Of a stretch of DNA of 64,000 nt, positions 8,334 to 18,515 are shown piece by piece. Source of the stretch: Acinetobacter phage At2. The DNA is taken from sequence record PQ656108.1, one strand, 5' to 3'. Below the pieces are notes generated by a model. The model saw only the letters and a list, made by a program, of their open reading frames with translations, was not told the origin of the DNA and made no database searches. The first letter of the stretch is position 1, and every line of letters starts with the position of its first letter. Position numbers and translations under genes: made by a program.

Positions 8334-9553
8334 CTCAATATCTTCAACAACCTGGCATGATCACTATCGCACCTGACTTTACAGGTGTTGCATTAGACAA
8401 AGTACCTGCAGGTTATTACCGCATTGGCTTTAACCGTGAGCATGGTTTCTTCTACTTATCAGAAGTAGAACCTCTACAAGTAGCTGATAAAATCTATGGC
8501 AACTTACTAGAACATCTTCCACGTATTGAAGCTGCATTTGCTGCAAGCACTGGTAAACCAATTAGTGTAATGCTTGAAGGCCTTAAAGGTTCTGGTAAGT
8601 CTTTACTTATGAAGACCTTGGCTAAACGCTTTGTTGAAAACGAAGACGGTATTGTCTTGATGTGTAATGCACCATTTACTGGCGATGGTTACTTTGAGTT
8701 CTTACAAAAGATCACTCAAAAGAAAATCGTATTAATGGATGAGTTCGACAAAGTCTACAAAGAGAAAGATGATCGTAATAACATCCTAACTTTGTTAGAT
8801 GGTAACTTCGCATCTCATACGTTATTCGTATTGACAATGAACCAAGACATCTCATCAGGTGCATTTGAATTCTTCCACAACCGCCCAGGTCGTGTGATGA
8901 TCAACGTAAAATTCAAAGGTGTACCTGAAGAAGCTATTCGTGAATACGCTGAAGATCACTTAGATGATCAAGACAAGTTACCTGAGCTTATGCAGTTTGT
9001 TAAACGCTTCACAGACTTCAACATGGATATGTTGAGTAAGTTAGTGGCAGAAGTTAACTACGCTACGGACAAGAATCTTGAACAGATCTCTGAATACCTG
9101 AACGTAAAACCAGACTTAACATTAGATGATGTGTTCTTCAAAGCACGTTACTTACGTAATGGCGTTGACGTAACTAAACACATTCATGGTGACACAACAG
9201 ACTACGAAATCAAAAAGATTTTACGTGCTTTGAATAATCCTGCAGAGTCTGAACGTGCTTTAAACCTAATGTTACGTGGTTCACAGTACTGCAATAAGAC
9301 TACAGGACAAGAGTGGGATCGTGTTAAAGATCCTCACGAGACAGACATTATTTCTGGTCAGTTCATTCAAGTAGGTCGTGGTAAACGAGAGTTTATTCAG
9401 ACTTTTGATGAGTACTTGTATGCCTCTGATATTAAAAAGTCTCAAGATCCTAAGTCGGGTGAAATTACTCTTAAGTGTAACTCTGATGAGAACACTAATT
9501 GGGTAATCACCTTGGTACCAGAAGTACTTAAGCGTTATAAATACGCATTCTAA
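8330..9553 (+). CDS. P-loop ATPase (407 aa)
   Basis: Walker A GLKGSGKS, Walker B IVLMDEFDK; ATGA coupling to upstream gene. Confidence 0.55.
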   Translation: MTQYLQQPGMITIAPDFTGVALDKVPAGYYRIGFNREHGFFYLSEVEPLQVADKIYGNLLEHLPRIEAAFAASTGKPISVMLEGLKGSGKSLLMKTLAKRFVENEDGIVLMCNAPFTGDGYFEFLQKITQKKIVLMDEFDKVYKEKDDRNNILTLLDGNFASHTLFVLTMNQDISSGAFEFFHNRPGRVMINVKFKGVPEEAIREYAEDHLDDQDKLPELMQFVKRFTDFNMDMLSKLVAEVNYATDKNLEQISEYLNVKPDLTLDDVFFKARYLRNGVDVTKHIHGDTTDYEIKKILRALNNPAESERALNLMLRGSQYCNKTTGQEWDRVKDPHETDIISGQFIQVGRGKREFIQTFDEYLYASDIKKSQDPKSGEITLKCNSDENTNWVITLVPEVLKRYKYAF

Positions 9554-9562
9554 ACACACAAA

Positions 9563-9591
9563 TAGCTAGTCTTCGGACTAGCTATTTTTTA
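9563..9591 (+). terminator. terminator hairpin (tagctagtc-ttcg-gactagcta then TTTTTT)
   Basis: Seen directly. Confidence 0.65.
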
Positions 9592-9614
9592 TCAACACTT
9601 AGTAGGAATCCCTC

Positions 9615-10838
9615 ATGGCAATTACATTAACTGCTGATCAAATGGTAGCGTACAACGCTATGATTACATTACTAACTACTAATCAACAAGAGTTAGTTAT
9701 CCTAGGTGGTGCAGGTACAGGTAAGACAACTTTAGTTAATACATTCTTGGCAGAATGGGAAACTCTTACTAATGTGTCTCCTAACCTATTCCCCAAATTA
9801 AACTTTGAACTTACCGCTACAACAAACAAAGCTGCAGATGCTCTAGCTGCTGCTACTGGAAGACCTACACGAACTATTCATAGTGTGCTTGGTTTACGTG
9901 TAGTCAGCCAAGGCTACAATCAGTCTTACTTGGCAGACAACGGTAACATACCCGAGGCAGGCTCTGTATTGATTATTGATGAAAGCTCTTTTATTGATAA
10001 AGACTTGCTCCTCTTAATTCAAACTAAAGCTAGGTATGCTAAGTGTAAAGTTATTTATCTTGGTGATCACTGTCAGCTTAAACCAGTGAACTCAGACACT
10101 ACTCCTGTGTTCTCAGCAGGCTTTAAAACCGTAGAATTGAAGCAGATTGTACGACAGGCTGATACTTCACCCATCCAAGCTCTATCACGCAACCTACGTG
10201 AATTGGTGAGCACTGGTACTATGCCTAATGCAGGTGTAGATGGTGTAAACATTCTTCACATGCCACAGGCAGACTTCGAAGAAGCTTTTAAACATGAATG
10301 TAAGGTTAATCCTTCTGTACGTGCACTAACGTGGACTAATAAAGCTGCCAATTACTATAACGAGTTAGCTGCCCTGTCTTTATATGGGGACACTGAATTT
10401 AAGGTAGGTAATTTACTTAACTTAAACAAACAGATATCTTGTCGTGATAAATGGAAGCTTCCTACAGATACCACTATTGAAGTAACATCTGTATCTCCTT
10501 GGCATACAGACCGTAACGGTATCACGTATCAAACCATTGGTACTACTCATGGAATTGAGCTACGGCATCCTGCCGATTATGGTGATGTAATCGCCATCAT
10601 TAAAGAAGCCTATAACAAAGGTAATTTAGAGCAAGCTTACGTCTTGGAAAACAAATACGCTGATTTAAGGCGTATGTACGCATCCACAGTCAACAAAGCA
10701 CAAGGTAGTACTTACAGCACAGTATTCATTGATCTAAATGACATTGGTAAATGTCGTGACAGGGATCAGGTAAACCGTATGCTATATGTAGCTGCCAGCC
10801 GTGCTAAAGATAAAATTGTATTCACAGGTGATATATGA
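9615..10838 (+). CDS. SF1B DNA helicase, Dda/RecD-like
   Basis: Walker A GGAGTGKTT near the N-terminus; C-terminal motif TVNKAQGSTYSTVFI resembling helicase motif V/VI of Dda/RecD. Confidence 0.6.
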   Translation: MAITLTADQMVAYNAMITLLTTNQQELVILGGAGTGKTTLVNTFLAEWETLTNVSPNLFPKLNFELTATTNKAADALAAATGRPTRTIHSVLGLRVVSQGYNQSYLADNGNIPEAGSVLIIDESSFIDKDLLLLIQTKARYAKCKVIYLGDHCQLKPVNSDTTPVFSAGFKTVELKQIVRQADTSPIQALSRNLRELVSTGTMPNAGVDGVNILHMPQADFEEAFKHECKVNPSVRALTWTNKAANYYNELAALSLYGDTEFKVGNLLNLNKQISCRDKWKLPTDTTIEVTSVSPWHTDRNGITYQTIGTTHGIELRHPADYGDVIAIIKEAYNKGNLEQAYVLENKYADLRRMYASTVNKAQGSTYSTVFIDLNDIGKCRDRDQVNRMLYVAASRAKDKIVFTGDI

Positions 10839-11359
10839 CTTCCTACACAATGGGACACGTTATGCACTCCAACAACCGCTTATTACTTCGACTAGAAAGT
10901 TATATATTTTCTGGTTCAATGGAAGCATGGGAAAAGGTGTGTAACCAGTTCTGTAAACGTCAGGCTGATCTAAATAAAGATCACATTTTGCAGTTTAAGT
11001 ACGCAGGTAAGCAGTACAAGTTAAAGGATGATGTTTATGTCCATTATGGTATGAAACAGTTACACCCAGAGCTTTTGCCTGAGTTTGAAGCTTCTTACAA
11101 CATGTTTGTTAAGGAGGTTGAAGAAGAGCGCCGCATCTTTACTAACATGCTTTCACACGCCATCCGTATTGCTAAATACGAAGAAGACTTAATTAAACTT
11201 CTTCCTCCAGTTATGCACTCATCAATAACTGAGTCTGGGTTCTTCCAAATGCCTCACAAACCTGAGATGCACCCTGCAGATCAGGAGAAGTTTAGGGAAC
11301 TCTATGAGCAATACTTCCACCTTTTTGATGAGAGGAGACTTATCGGTGAAATGTTATGA
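10835..11359 (+). CDS. hypothetical protein (174 aa)
   Basis: ATGA coupling on both sides. Confidence 0.5.
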   Translation: MTSYTMGHVMHSNNRLLLRLESYIFSGSMEAWEKVCNQFCKRQADLNKDHILQFKYAGKQYKLKDDVYVHYGMKQLHPELLPEFEASYNMFVKEVEEERRIFTNMLSHAIRIAKYEEDLIKLLPPVMHSSITESGFFQMPHKPEMHPADQEKFRELYEQYFHLFDERRLIGEML

Positions 11360-13983
11360 AGACACTTAAGTTTGTTGATGATACACCCAAACCCTTGATT
11401 GGTATTCTGATCAAGGAAACAAGCTTTAAGGAAACCAACCTGATTAAATACTATGTGGAGCCTATGGTAGCCACAGGTATTAAACGTGAAGAAATTGTAG
11501 CTTTCAGCCTTGAGTACACTCAAGGCGGTAAAGCCCCTGCACACTTGATTAAGGATTACATTGACGCATGGTTACAGTCATTCAAAGACGCAGGTGTTAA
11601 ATACCTGTTCTGTGCTGACTCTGCCTACTTCAAAGCCTTAACTAAGCAACGTAAAGCAGATGTAAACCTGGGATACGTTTTACCATGTGCAATTCCAGGA
11701 TTTGAAGATATGCAAGTAGTCTACTCGTTAGGCTATGGTGCACTGGTACATAACCCAAACCAACAGGAAAAGATTGATCTGTCTATTGAAGCTGTCTCTA
11801 CTCACTATCATGGTGCGTATGTGGCAATTGGATCAGACATTATTCATGAAGAACGTTATCCCTATTCAATGTCTGCTATTAAAGCAGAGCTTGCTTACCT
11901 ACATCAGTTCCCAGAACTAGCTGTGGATATTGAAGCCTTCTCTTTAAACTTAAGAGATGCAGGTTTAGGTACGATAGCTTTTGCTGAATCTAAACATAAA
12001 GGTTCAGCATTCCTCGTGGAATATCAACCAATTGTTCCTGAGGATGGTTACTACGCTGTACGGACAGATGCCCCTAAAGTGAAGAGAATGCTACGGCAAT
12101 TCTTTGAATCTTATAGGGGCAAATTGATCGCACACAACGCTTCGTACGACTTCAAGTGTTTGATTCATTCTTTATGGATGAAACATCCTCTTGATTGGGA
12201 TGGTATGTTGCGTGGTTTAGAAGTACTTACCCGTTGCTTTGATGATACCAAGATCATTGCTTACTTGGCTTTAAACAGTACTGCTAAGACTCTGTATGGC
12301 CTTAAAGCTTTAGCCCAACCTTTTGCAGGTAACTGGGCAGAAGATGAAATTAAGGACATTACACGCATACCTCCAGATAAGTTATTACGGTACAACTTAG
12401 TAGATGTATTATCTACACACTACGTAAAGGAAACCTATTACCCAATCATGGTTGCAGAAGAACAGTTGGATATTTATACCAATCTTATGCTGCCATCTCT
12501 GAAAGTAATTGTTCAGATTGAATCTCATGGTTTACCTCTAATACCTGAAAGGGTTCAAGAAGTTAAACGTGATCTTCAAGATCGGGTAGATGTTCTTGTG
12601 GACATTATGGAAACCAATGCTTATGTGTTAGAGGCTACTAACCGTATTCAGGTAGCCACAATGCAAGCTGCTAATGCCAAGCTCAAGAAGAAGGTACATC
12701 CTCGTGAGAAGTTCAATGAACCAATCAACTATAACAGTAATCAGCAACTAGCTATTCTGTTGTATGACGTGATGGAAATGCCTGTCATTGAGTGGACAGA
12801 CTCAGGTGAACGTGCAACTGGCGGTGATGTAATTAAAGCTCTCAGGAAGCACACAAAAGACCCTGAGAAGCTTGAAGTAATGGAAGCACTACATAAGTAC
12901 TCTAAACTTGTGAAAGTGCTTACAGGCTTCATACCGACCTTTGAAGACGCATGGGTTAAAGCTGATGGTATGGGCTATCTACATGGTAGCTTTAACATTG
13001 GTGGAACCAAGTCTGGTAGGCTTAGCTCATCTGATCCTAACTTACAGAACCTGCCTGCAGGTGGTGAATTAGGTAAGTTGATTAAGTCATGCTTTGCAGG
13101 GCCTTGGGGCCATATCTTCTGTGGTGCTGACTTTGCTAGCTTAGAAGATCGTATCTCTGCTTTAACTACCAAAGACCCTAACAAACTGAAAGTTTACACT
13201 GACGGTTATGATGGTCACTGTCTACGTGCCTATGCATACTTTGGTCATAAGATGCCTGATATTGATCCTAATTCTGTTGAGTCAATTAACAGTATCGAAG
13301 AGAAGTATCCTAAGGAACGCCAAGACTCTAAAGCTCCTACGTTTGCCCTTACGTATATGGGTACATGGGCTACGCTTGTTAAGAACTGTGGTTTTACAGA
13401 AGAAGTAGCTAAGTCTATTGAAAAGCTATACCACGAACTTTATGAGCACTCAGACAATGTAATTATGAATCGTATTCATGAAGAAGCTGTAAAACTAGGC
13501 TATGTAAAATTAGCCTTTGGATTGAAGCTTCGTACACCATTACTCAAGAAAACCGTATTAGGTAATCGCTACACTACCAGTGAAGCTAAAGCTGAAATGC
13601 GTACAGCAGGTAATGCTATGGGACAATCCTATGGCTTATTAAACAACCGTGCTGTAGTTGAGTTTATGGAAATTGTTTGGAAGTCTAAACATAGGCTTAA
13701 GATCATGCCAGTAGCATTGATTCATGATGCTATTTACTTAGTTATTGAGGATGATTTAGAAGTGATTGAGTTCGCTAATAAACATCTAACTAAATGTATG
13801 GAATGGCAAGACCTAGAAGAGATCTGGCACGATGAAGTTAAACTCGGTGGTGACTTAGATTTGTTCTATCCTCATTGGGGACACGGCATCACCCTACCAC
13901 GTACTGCAAACCAAATAGAGCTTGTCACTACAGTTCAGGCTGCAATGGACAAGTATTACGCTAAACTTAAAGAGGCAGCTTAG
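11356..13983 (+). CDS. family A DNA polymerase (Pol I-like) with 3-prime to 5-prime exonuclease domain
   Basis: Exo I motif VDIEAFSL, pol motif A GADFASLEDRI, motif B RQDSKAPTFALTYMG, motif C LIHDAIYLV; 875 aa. Confidence 0.8.
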   Translation: MKTLKFVDDTPKPLIGILIKETSFKETNLIKYYVEPMVATGIKREEIVAFSLEYTQGGKAPAHLIKDYIDAWLQSFKDAGVKYLFCADSAYFKALTKQRKADVNLGYVLPCAIPGFEDMQVVYSLGYGALVHNPNQQEKIDLSIEAVSTHYHGAYVAIGSDIIHEERYPYSMSAIKAELAYLHQFPELAVDIEAFSLNLRDAGLGTIAFAESKHKGSAFLVEYQPIVPEDGYYAVRTDAPKVKRMLRQFFESYRGKLIAHNASYDFKCLIHSLWMKHPLDWDGMLRGLEVLTRCFDDTKIIAYLALNSTAKTLYGLKALAQPFAGNWAEDEIKDITRIPPDKLLRYNLVDVLSTHYVKETYYPIMVAEEQLDIYTNLMLPSLKVIVQIESHGLPLIPERVQEVKRDLQDRVDVLVDIMETNAYVLEATNRIQVATMQAANAKLKKKVHPREKFNEPINYNSNQQLAILLYDVMEMPVIEWTDSGERATGGDVIKALRKHTKDPEKLEVMEALHKYSKLVKVLTGFIPTFEDAWVKADGMGYLHGSFNIGGTKSGRLSSSDPNLQNLPAGGELGKLIKSCFAGPWGHIFCGADFASLEDRISALTTKDPNKLKVYTDGYDGHCLRAYAYFGHKMPDIDPNSVESINSIEEKYPKERQDSKAPTFALTYMGTWATLVKNCGFTEEVAKSIEKLYHELYEHSDNVIMNRIHEEAVKLGYVKLAFGLKLRTPLLKKTVLGNRYTTSEAKAEMRTAGNAMGQSYGLLNNRAVVEFMEIVWKSKHRLKIMPVALIHDAIYLVIEDDLEVIEFANKHLTKCMEWQDLEEIWHDEVKLGGDLDLFYPHWGHGITLPRTANQIELVTTVQAAMDKYYAKLKEAA

Positions 13984-14009
13984 GCTGCTTCTATTTTAGG
14001 AATGAAACC

Positions 14010-14411
14010 ATGAATATTGGTCAAATACTGGAGTCAGGTTATAAACCTGCATACTTTAAGAAGACTCGTATTATTGATTACAAAGTTAGTTCTGAGTATC
14101 AAACCCTTGTGATTGAAACCGCTACGGATGAACGCATACCACTGGCATTAAGCCTAGAGAAACCTGATGAATTAGAGTTTGAAATGGTTGTTACTTTCTC
14201 AGAAGAGATTGCTCAAGCACTACTGATTACAGGAGTAGCACCACTAGAAAAATGCTATGTTAAGCCTAAGGTCTTCAGACCTTATAATCCTGACTTCAGT
14301 GACTTAGCAGCTAAATTTCAAAGAATGAAGGCTCAAAATGCTATGTATCAGGATAATCTTGGCTCTGGCTCTGGACTTGTAACAGGAATGCTGTCTGCTA
14401 TGTATAAATAA
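14010..14411 (+). CDS. hypothetical protein (133 aa)
   Basis: AGGAA RBS; terminator immediately downstream. Confidence 0.5.
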   Translation: MNIGQILESGYKPAYFKKTRIIDYKVSSEYQTLVIETATDERIPLALSLEKPDELEFEMVVTFSEEIAQALLITGVAPLEKCYVKPKVFRPYNPDFSDLAAKFQRMKAQNAMYQDNLGSGSGLVTGMLSAMYK

Positions 14412-14415
14412 AATA

Positions 14416-14441
14416 GGCTCCCTGCTGGGAGCCTTTTTTTG
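14416..14441. terminator. bidirectional terminator (ggctccc-tgct-gggagcc then TTTTTTT)
   Basis: Sits between the convergent genes 14010..14411 (+) and 14452..14643 (-). Confidence 0.65.
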
Positions 14442-14451
14442 GTGTGTAGTC

Positions 14452-14643
14452 TTAAGGGACTACGGGAGATGTATTAGCTGTAAGCACTACACCTTCACCA
14501 TCTTTCTTGTCCTCAGCTACACGAGCCATACCACCATTAAATAGTGGGATAACATCAATCTTGTCTGCCTTCATTTTATCGAAGATAGTTTCAACATTGA
14601 CCGTAACTGCTGTGGTTAAATTACCTTCTGAATCATACGGCAT
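14452..14643 (-). CDS. small protein (63 aa) on the opposite strand
   Basis: AAGGA RBS 8 nt upstream of ATG on the minus strand; flanked by terminators. Confidence 0.45.
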   Translation of the reverse strand: MPYDSEGNLTTAVTVNVETIFDKMKADKIDVIPLFNGGMARVAEDKKDGEGVVLTANTSPVVP

Positions 14644-14712
14644 ATTTAATTCCTTAGTTGATTGATTTTAGAAGCCTAGATATTAACACAATTTATTTAA
14701 AAGGTAACTCAC

Positions 14713-15186
14713 ATGCTCTTATATGATCTGTTGAAACCAAACAAATATGGCACTATGCCTATGTTCGATATATATGGGGTAGGTCATATATTTATGGAAG
14801 AAGGTGTTGCCTACCTTAAATGGAACTATGATAAAGAGTCCTACATTATAGATCCTCAGCAAACAATTGAACAAAGTTACCATACACAAAATATAACAGG
14901 CTTCTATATAGAAACTTTTATAAACATGCCTGCGACTACTAGGCAGGGTGATGTAGAACTTAGACTGGTATACCTAAAGGTAGCCACTGCAGAAGAAAGA
15001 CTTATCAAAGAAGCGGCTTCTCCAGATGATCCGTATTACTACATGAATAACAATGTGCTGTGGAACATAATCAAACCCCATAAAATACTGGCTAACGGTA
15101 CTGGATGGGACTCTTCAGGTAATCCAGTAACATATTATGTTGATGACATACTATATAGGTTGGATTTGCAACAAGAACTTACATAG
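14713..15186 (+). CDS. hypothetical protein (157 aa)
   Basis: AAAGG RBS. Confidence 0.5.
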   Translation: MLLYDLLKPNKYGTMPMFDIYGVGHIFMEEGVAYLKWNYDKESYIIDPQQTIEQSYHTQNITGFYIETFINMPATTRQGDVELRLVYLKVATAEERLIKEAASPDDPYYYMNNNVLWNIIKPHKILANGTGWDSSGNPVTYYVDDILYRLDLQQELT

Positions 15187-15216
15187 AATACCTCTATTCA
15201 TATAGGGGGGCTTTGT

Positions 15217-15522
15217 ATGTACCATGTAGACCCAGATGCAATGTCTTTCATGGTAGCTGTATTAATGTCATGTGTAACGGCATTCGTATCTATCGTAAAG
15301 AAAGTTATGCGTAAGCGTAAACCACTATCCAAATTGTGGTTATCAAATGAGGTAGCAATGTGTTTACTTGCTTTCTTGTTTGCGTGGGAGATGTACCCAC
15401 ACTTTAAACCTGTTTTACCTACATTCATAACTCAAGGTATATTCGTTGCAATATGCGTGCACATGAGTAGTAGATTAATCCAGATCCTTGAAGAAAGAAC
15501 TATAAGTTCTTTGTCCAAGTAA
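15217..15522 (+). CDS. small membrane protein (101 aa, two hydrophobic helices)
   Basis: GGGGG RBS; hydrophobic segments; terminator follows. Confidence 0.5.
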   Translation: MYHVDPDAMSFMVAVLMSCVTAFVSIVKKVMRKRKPLSKLWLSNEVAMCLLAFLFAWEMYPHFKPVLPTFITQGIFVAICVHMSSRLIQILEERTISSLSK

Positions 15523-15524
15523 CA

Positions 15525-15545
15525 AACCCCGTAAGGGGTTTTTTA
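15525..15545 (+). terminator. terminator (aacccc-gtaa-ggggtt then TTTT)
   Basis: Seen directly. Confidence 0.6.
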
Positions 15546-15558
15546 GTGAGTAAAGACT

Positions 15559-15855
15559 ATGCACAAAATCTCAATAGGTTTATTACGTAACCTACTTAAA
15601 AAACGTGAACAACTTAAACCAATCATTAAGCAGATTATCTTGGCTGATGACTTTATTGTCATTACTAACACTAAAAACAGTTACGCTGTATCAGGTATCA
15701 CTGAATCAGAAGCACGTACTGTACACATGTTAGGTTCAGCCATAGGCAGTAATGCTTTAGCAATTAATCAACTTGATCCTAGTACACCACCTGTTGAATA
15801 CATCAACCAGGTAAGTCATTGGGCACACAAAGCTGCAGGGGTAAACCAAGAATGA
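15559..15855 (+). CDS. hypothetical protein (98 aa)
   Basis: ORF track; weak RBS. Confidence 0.4.
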   Translation: MHKISIGLLRNLLKKREQLKPIIKQIILADDFIVITNTKNSYAVSGITESEARTVHMLGSAIGSNALAINQLDPSTPPVEYINQVSHWAHKAAGVNQE

Positions 15856-16448
15856 AAATAGTTGGTATTACTGGTAGCCACAGAACAGGTAAAACTTCTT
15901 TAAAGGAGTTGCTTTTGGAAAGGCTACCTAGCTCATACTCTGAAATTAACTTTAGTATTAACCAGTCTTTAACCAGAATTGGAATTGACTCTTCCCGTAT
16001 GGACTATGACTTTGATATTCGCAAAGGTATTCAAACACACCTATTTAATACGTTAGAGCAAGAACTAAAACGCAGGGCTAGTTTTGTACACTTAGCTCGT
16101 ATGGAACATTCAACAGGAATTATTGACCGTACTCCTATCGACTTAGCTGCTTATGCCACAATTGTTAAACCAATAGGGCAGGAAGAAACTGATTGGGTAA
16201 ACCAGTACATCACTAAGTGTATTGATTTAACTAACCAATACTTCTCTCATCTAGTCCATTGCCCTGTGTTTGCAGGTTTTGTCTCTACACCTAAGTCTGC
16301 AGGTGAATCATCTCAAACCTATATTGCCGAAGTAATCATGGGCATATTACTTAACCCTGCTTTAAAAGTACCTGTTACTTATTTAAAGCATTCTAACCTT
16401 GAACTGCGTTATGCTGAATTTATAGGAAGCACTTATGAACGTATTTGA
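15852..16448 (+). CDS. P-loop nucleotide or nucleoside kinase-like protein
   Basis: ATGA overlap places the start at MKIVGITGSHRTGKTS (Walker A); IIDRTPID resembles the DRS/ERS motif of dNK/dNMP kinases. Confidence 0.45.
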   Translation: MKIVGITGSHRTGKTSLKELLLERLPSSYSEINFSINQSLTRIGIDSSRMDYDFDIRKGIQTHLFNTLEQELKRRASFVHLARMEHSTGIIDRTPIDLAAYATIVKPIGQEETDWVNQYITKCIDLTNQYFSHLVHCPVFAGFVSTPKSAGESSQTYIAEVIMGILLNPALKVPVTYLKHSNLELRYAEFIGSTYERI

Positions 16449-16821
16449 ACTAGGAACTAAGTTTGGCCTTGGTTTCTCTCTTGGTGTATTCCAAGCAATT
16501 GCAATAGCTTTAGTTATTATCTGGACAGCCTCTATGTTAGTAGAGTTTATCTGGACTAAACGTAAGCTACAAAAACACACGATTAAGAAGCTACCAGAAC
16601 ATGTAAAGCGTATGGAGCTTTCTTACCATCGTGGTGCCAATCTTATTGTGGCTACCGCCACTGTTGTGATAGGTGATAAAAAAGTAACCCGTTTCAAAGC
16701 TACGACCAAACCAAACAAAGAAGCTGTGGAAGTCATAGCTATTAATCTTCAACTCAATCTATTGCGAGAGATCGCAGAGGAACTAGGTAATGGTAACCGC
16801 ATCAGTTCTTTTCAAGCTTAA
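16435..16821 (+). CDS. membrane protein (128 aa, N-terminal TM)
   Basis: AGGAAG RBS; hydrophobic N-terminus. Confidence 0.45.
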   Translation: MNVFELGTKFGLGFSLGVFQAIAIALVIIWTASMLVEFIWTKRKLQKHTIKKLPEHVKRMELSYHRGANLIVATATVVIGDKKVTRFKATTKPNKEAVEVIAINLQLNLLREIAEELGNGNRISSFQA

Positions 16822-17137
16822 TGCTGCTCTAAGTAACTTAGCTACTGCTGTTGATAAAGAGCAACAAAGTGCTACTGCTCTATATGTGGAATCTTTATGG
16901 CAACAGTGTGTTGCTTTGAACCCACAGTTAGATACTCACTGTGTTATCCCAAGTCAGGAAGTATTCCTTGAACCTGTAATGGTACATACCCTTGTACGCT
17001 TACAGTCTGCAGTTGCATCTTATGTGAGTGCTACCTTCTTGAATCAAGTACACCCACGTCAGCTTAAGCTTATTAAGTATTATCTTGAGCTTATCTGTGA
17101 ACAACGTGATATCAATCACGAACCACTTCTAAAATAA
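16790..17137 (+). CDS. hypothetical protein (115 aa)
   Basis: GAGGAA RBS inside the end of the upstream gene. Confidence 0.4.
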   Translation: MVTASVLFKLNAALSNLATAVDKEQQSATALYVESLWQQCVALNPQLDTHCVIPSQEVFLEPVMVHTLVRLQSAVASYVSATFLNQVHPRQLKLIKYYLELICEQRDINHEPLLK

Positions 17138-17210
17138 CGCACTCACACCGCAGCTAACGGACGTAGGCTAACGCCTAGTCCTTGCTGCTGTTCGTGCTTA
17201 GGAAATTAAA

Positions 17211-17555
17211 ATGGAAATCTTAATCGCATTATTTGTAGGCCTGATTGTAGGTGTATTTATTACTTACTGTGTAATGTCTACAGCACAACTTAAAGTTGAT
17301 TTAAACCCTAACGACTACACCATGCCTGAGATGTTACCTGGTTTGGAAGATGTAGATTTTGAACGTGGTTTTAATATCACTGACAACGTAATCACTATGC
17401 ACTGGAAACACGAAAAGTTTGTACAGAATCGTACTTGGACAGTGAAGACTAAACCAAGTAATGAAGACTTCCAACGTGAGTGGTACAAACAGGAACTAAA
17501 CTTTTACCTTAAAGGTAAACCTTATTTTGAAGAACAGGATAACACCAATGTCTAA
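17211..17555 (+). CDS. membrane-anchored protein (114 aa)
   Basis: AGGAAA RBS; N-terminal TM ILIALFVGLIVGVFITYCV. Confidence 0.5.
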   Translation: MEILIALFVGLIVGVFITYCVMSTAQLKVDLNPNDYTMPEMLPGLEDVDFERGFNITDNVITMHWKHEKFVQNRTWTVKTKPSNEDFQREWYKQELNFYLKGKPYFEEQDNTNV

Positions 17556-18219
17556 AGAACTCGTATTGGCAATCAATGCCAAAGGCTTAACTAACCTTAA
17601 CCTAGATCCTAAAGGTCTTGTAGAACTTGACCTAGATTGCGACCTTGATGCATTTAACTATGCATTCTTACCTCGCCATACTGCTGATGATAAATCAATT
17701 CAAAGCCTTACATTAGGTATGATGTATCCTCAGATCCTTGGTTACTTCCAAGTAACTGATTCATCAGGCCGTATCTTAACCTACCAACGTAAAGGTAAAG
17801 AGAAAGGTTTATTGGGTAAATGGTCTATCGGTGTAGGTGGACATGTAAGCCAAGAAGATCTGTTAGATGTATTTAACATCACAGGTGAGACTTACCCTAC
17901 TTTAGCTACATTGGTTTATGCAGGTGCATTACGTGAGTTCAAAGAAGAGCTTGGAATTGCTTTAGATAATACTGAAAGTATTAGTGGCCTAGATTCATTC
18001 AATGAATTAGCAACTCAGTTATTGTATTCATTGGCTGACCCTACTTCTATGTGCCATGTAGGTGTACCAATGACAATTGAAATCAGTGATCATGACAAGG
18101 AATCCTTACAACTTGATCCTACTGAGTTCAATAACGTAGCTTGGTTGACTCCACAAGAACTTAAAGAATCAAACCTTGAGTTTGAGACTTGGTCTTCAAT
18201 CTTAGTTAAGGAAATGTAA
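17548..18219 (+). CDS. Nudix hydrolase
   Basis: Nudix box GGHVSQEDLL...GALREFKEELGI (Gx5Ex7REUxEExGU); start taken at ATG 17548 overlapping the upstream stop. Confidence 0.55.
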   Translation: MSKELVLAINAKGLTNLNLDPKGLVELDLDCDLDAFNYAFLPRHTADDKSIQSLTLGMMYPQILGYFQVTDSSGRILTYQRKGKEKGLLGKWSIGVGGHVSQEDLLDVFNITGETYPTLATLVYAGALREFKEELGIALDNTESISGLDSFNELATQLLYSLADPTSMCHVGVPMTIEISDHDKESLQLDPTEFNNVAWLTPQELKESNLEFETWSSILVKEM

Positions 18220-18500
18220 TGAAAGTCTCTGTTGGTGATCTTGTAAAGGTATCTGAAAAAGATGCGTATGTCCCTGATGATCCTTGGACTCACCCTGTAC
18301 AACTAGGTATGTTAATAACTAGAATGTTATGGGAAGAAGCCAACGGAGATACTGACTTTATAGGTACGGTTGTTAAAATCAAAACCTCTAAGTGGTTGGG
18401 ACTAGTTAAACTAAAACAACCTATCTATATTGTTAAGCTACGTATGCGTTGCCCTTATGACAATATAATCTACACCACAAAATTAAGCCCTCATTCGTGA
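18219..18500 (+). CDS. hypothetical protein (93 aa)
   Basis: TAATG coupling; stop lies inside the terminator stem. Confidence 0.45.
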   Translation: MKVSVGDLVKVSEKDAYVPDDPWTHPVQLGMLITRMLWEEANGDTDFIGTVVKIKTSKWLGLVKLKQPIYIVKLRMRCPYDNIIYTTKLSPHS

Positions 18501-18515
18501 GGGCTTTTTTTTTTT
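18487..18515. terminator. bidirectional terminator (gccctca-ttcg-tgagggc then T11) at the switch from plus to minus strand block
   Basis: Seen directly; sits between the convergent genes 18219..18500 and 18514..19095. Confidence 0.7.

Noticed and set aside
11302-13408. Antisense and alternate-frame ORFs inside the DNA polymerase gene
   Set aside because: They are embedded in a gene with clear Pol A motifs and have no RBS.
15198-15428. 76-aa minus-strand ORF overlapping membrane-protein gene 15217..15522
   Set aside because: The plus-strand gene has a strong RBS and hydrophobic helices; the minus ORF lacks signals.
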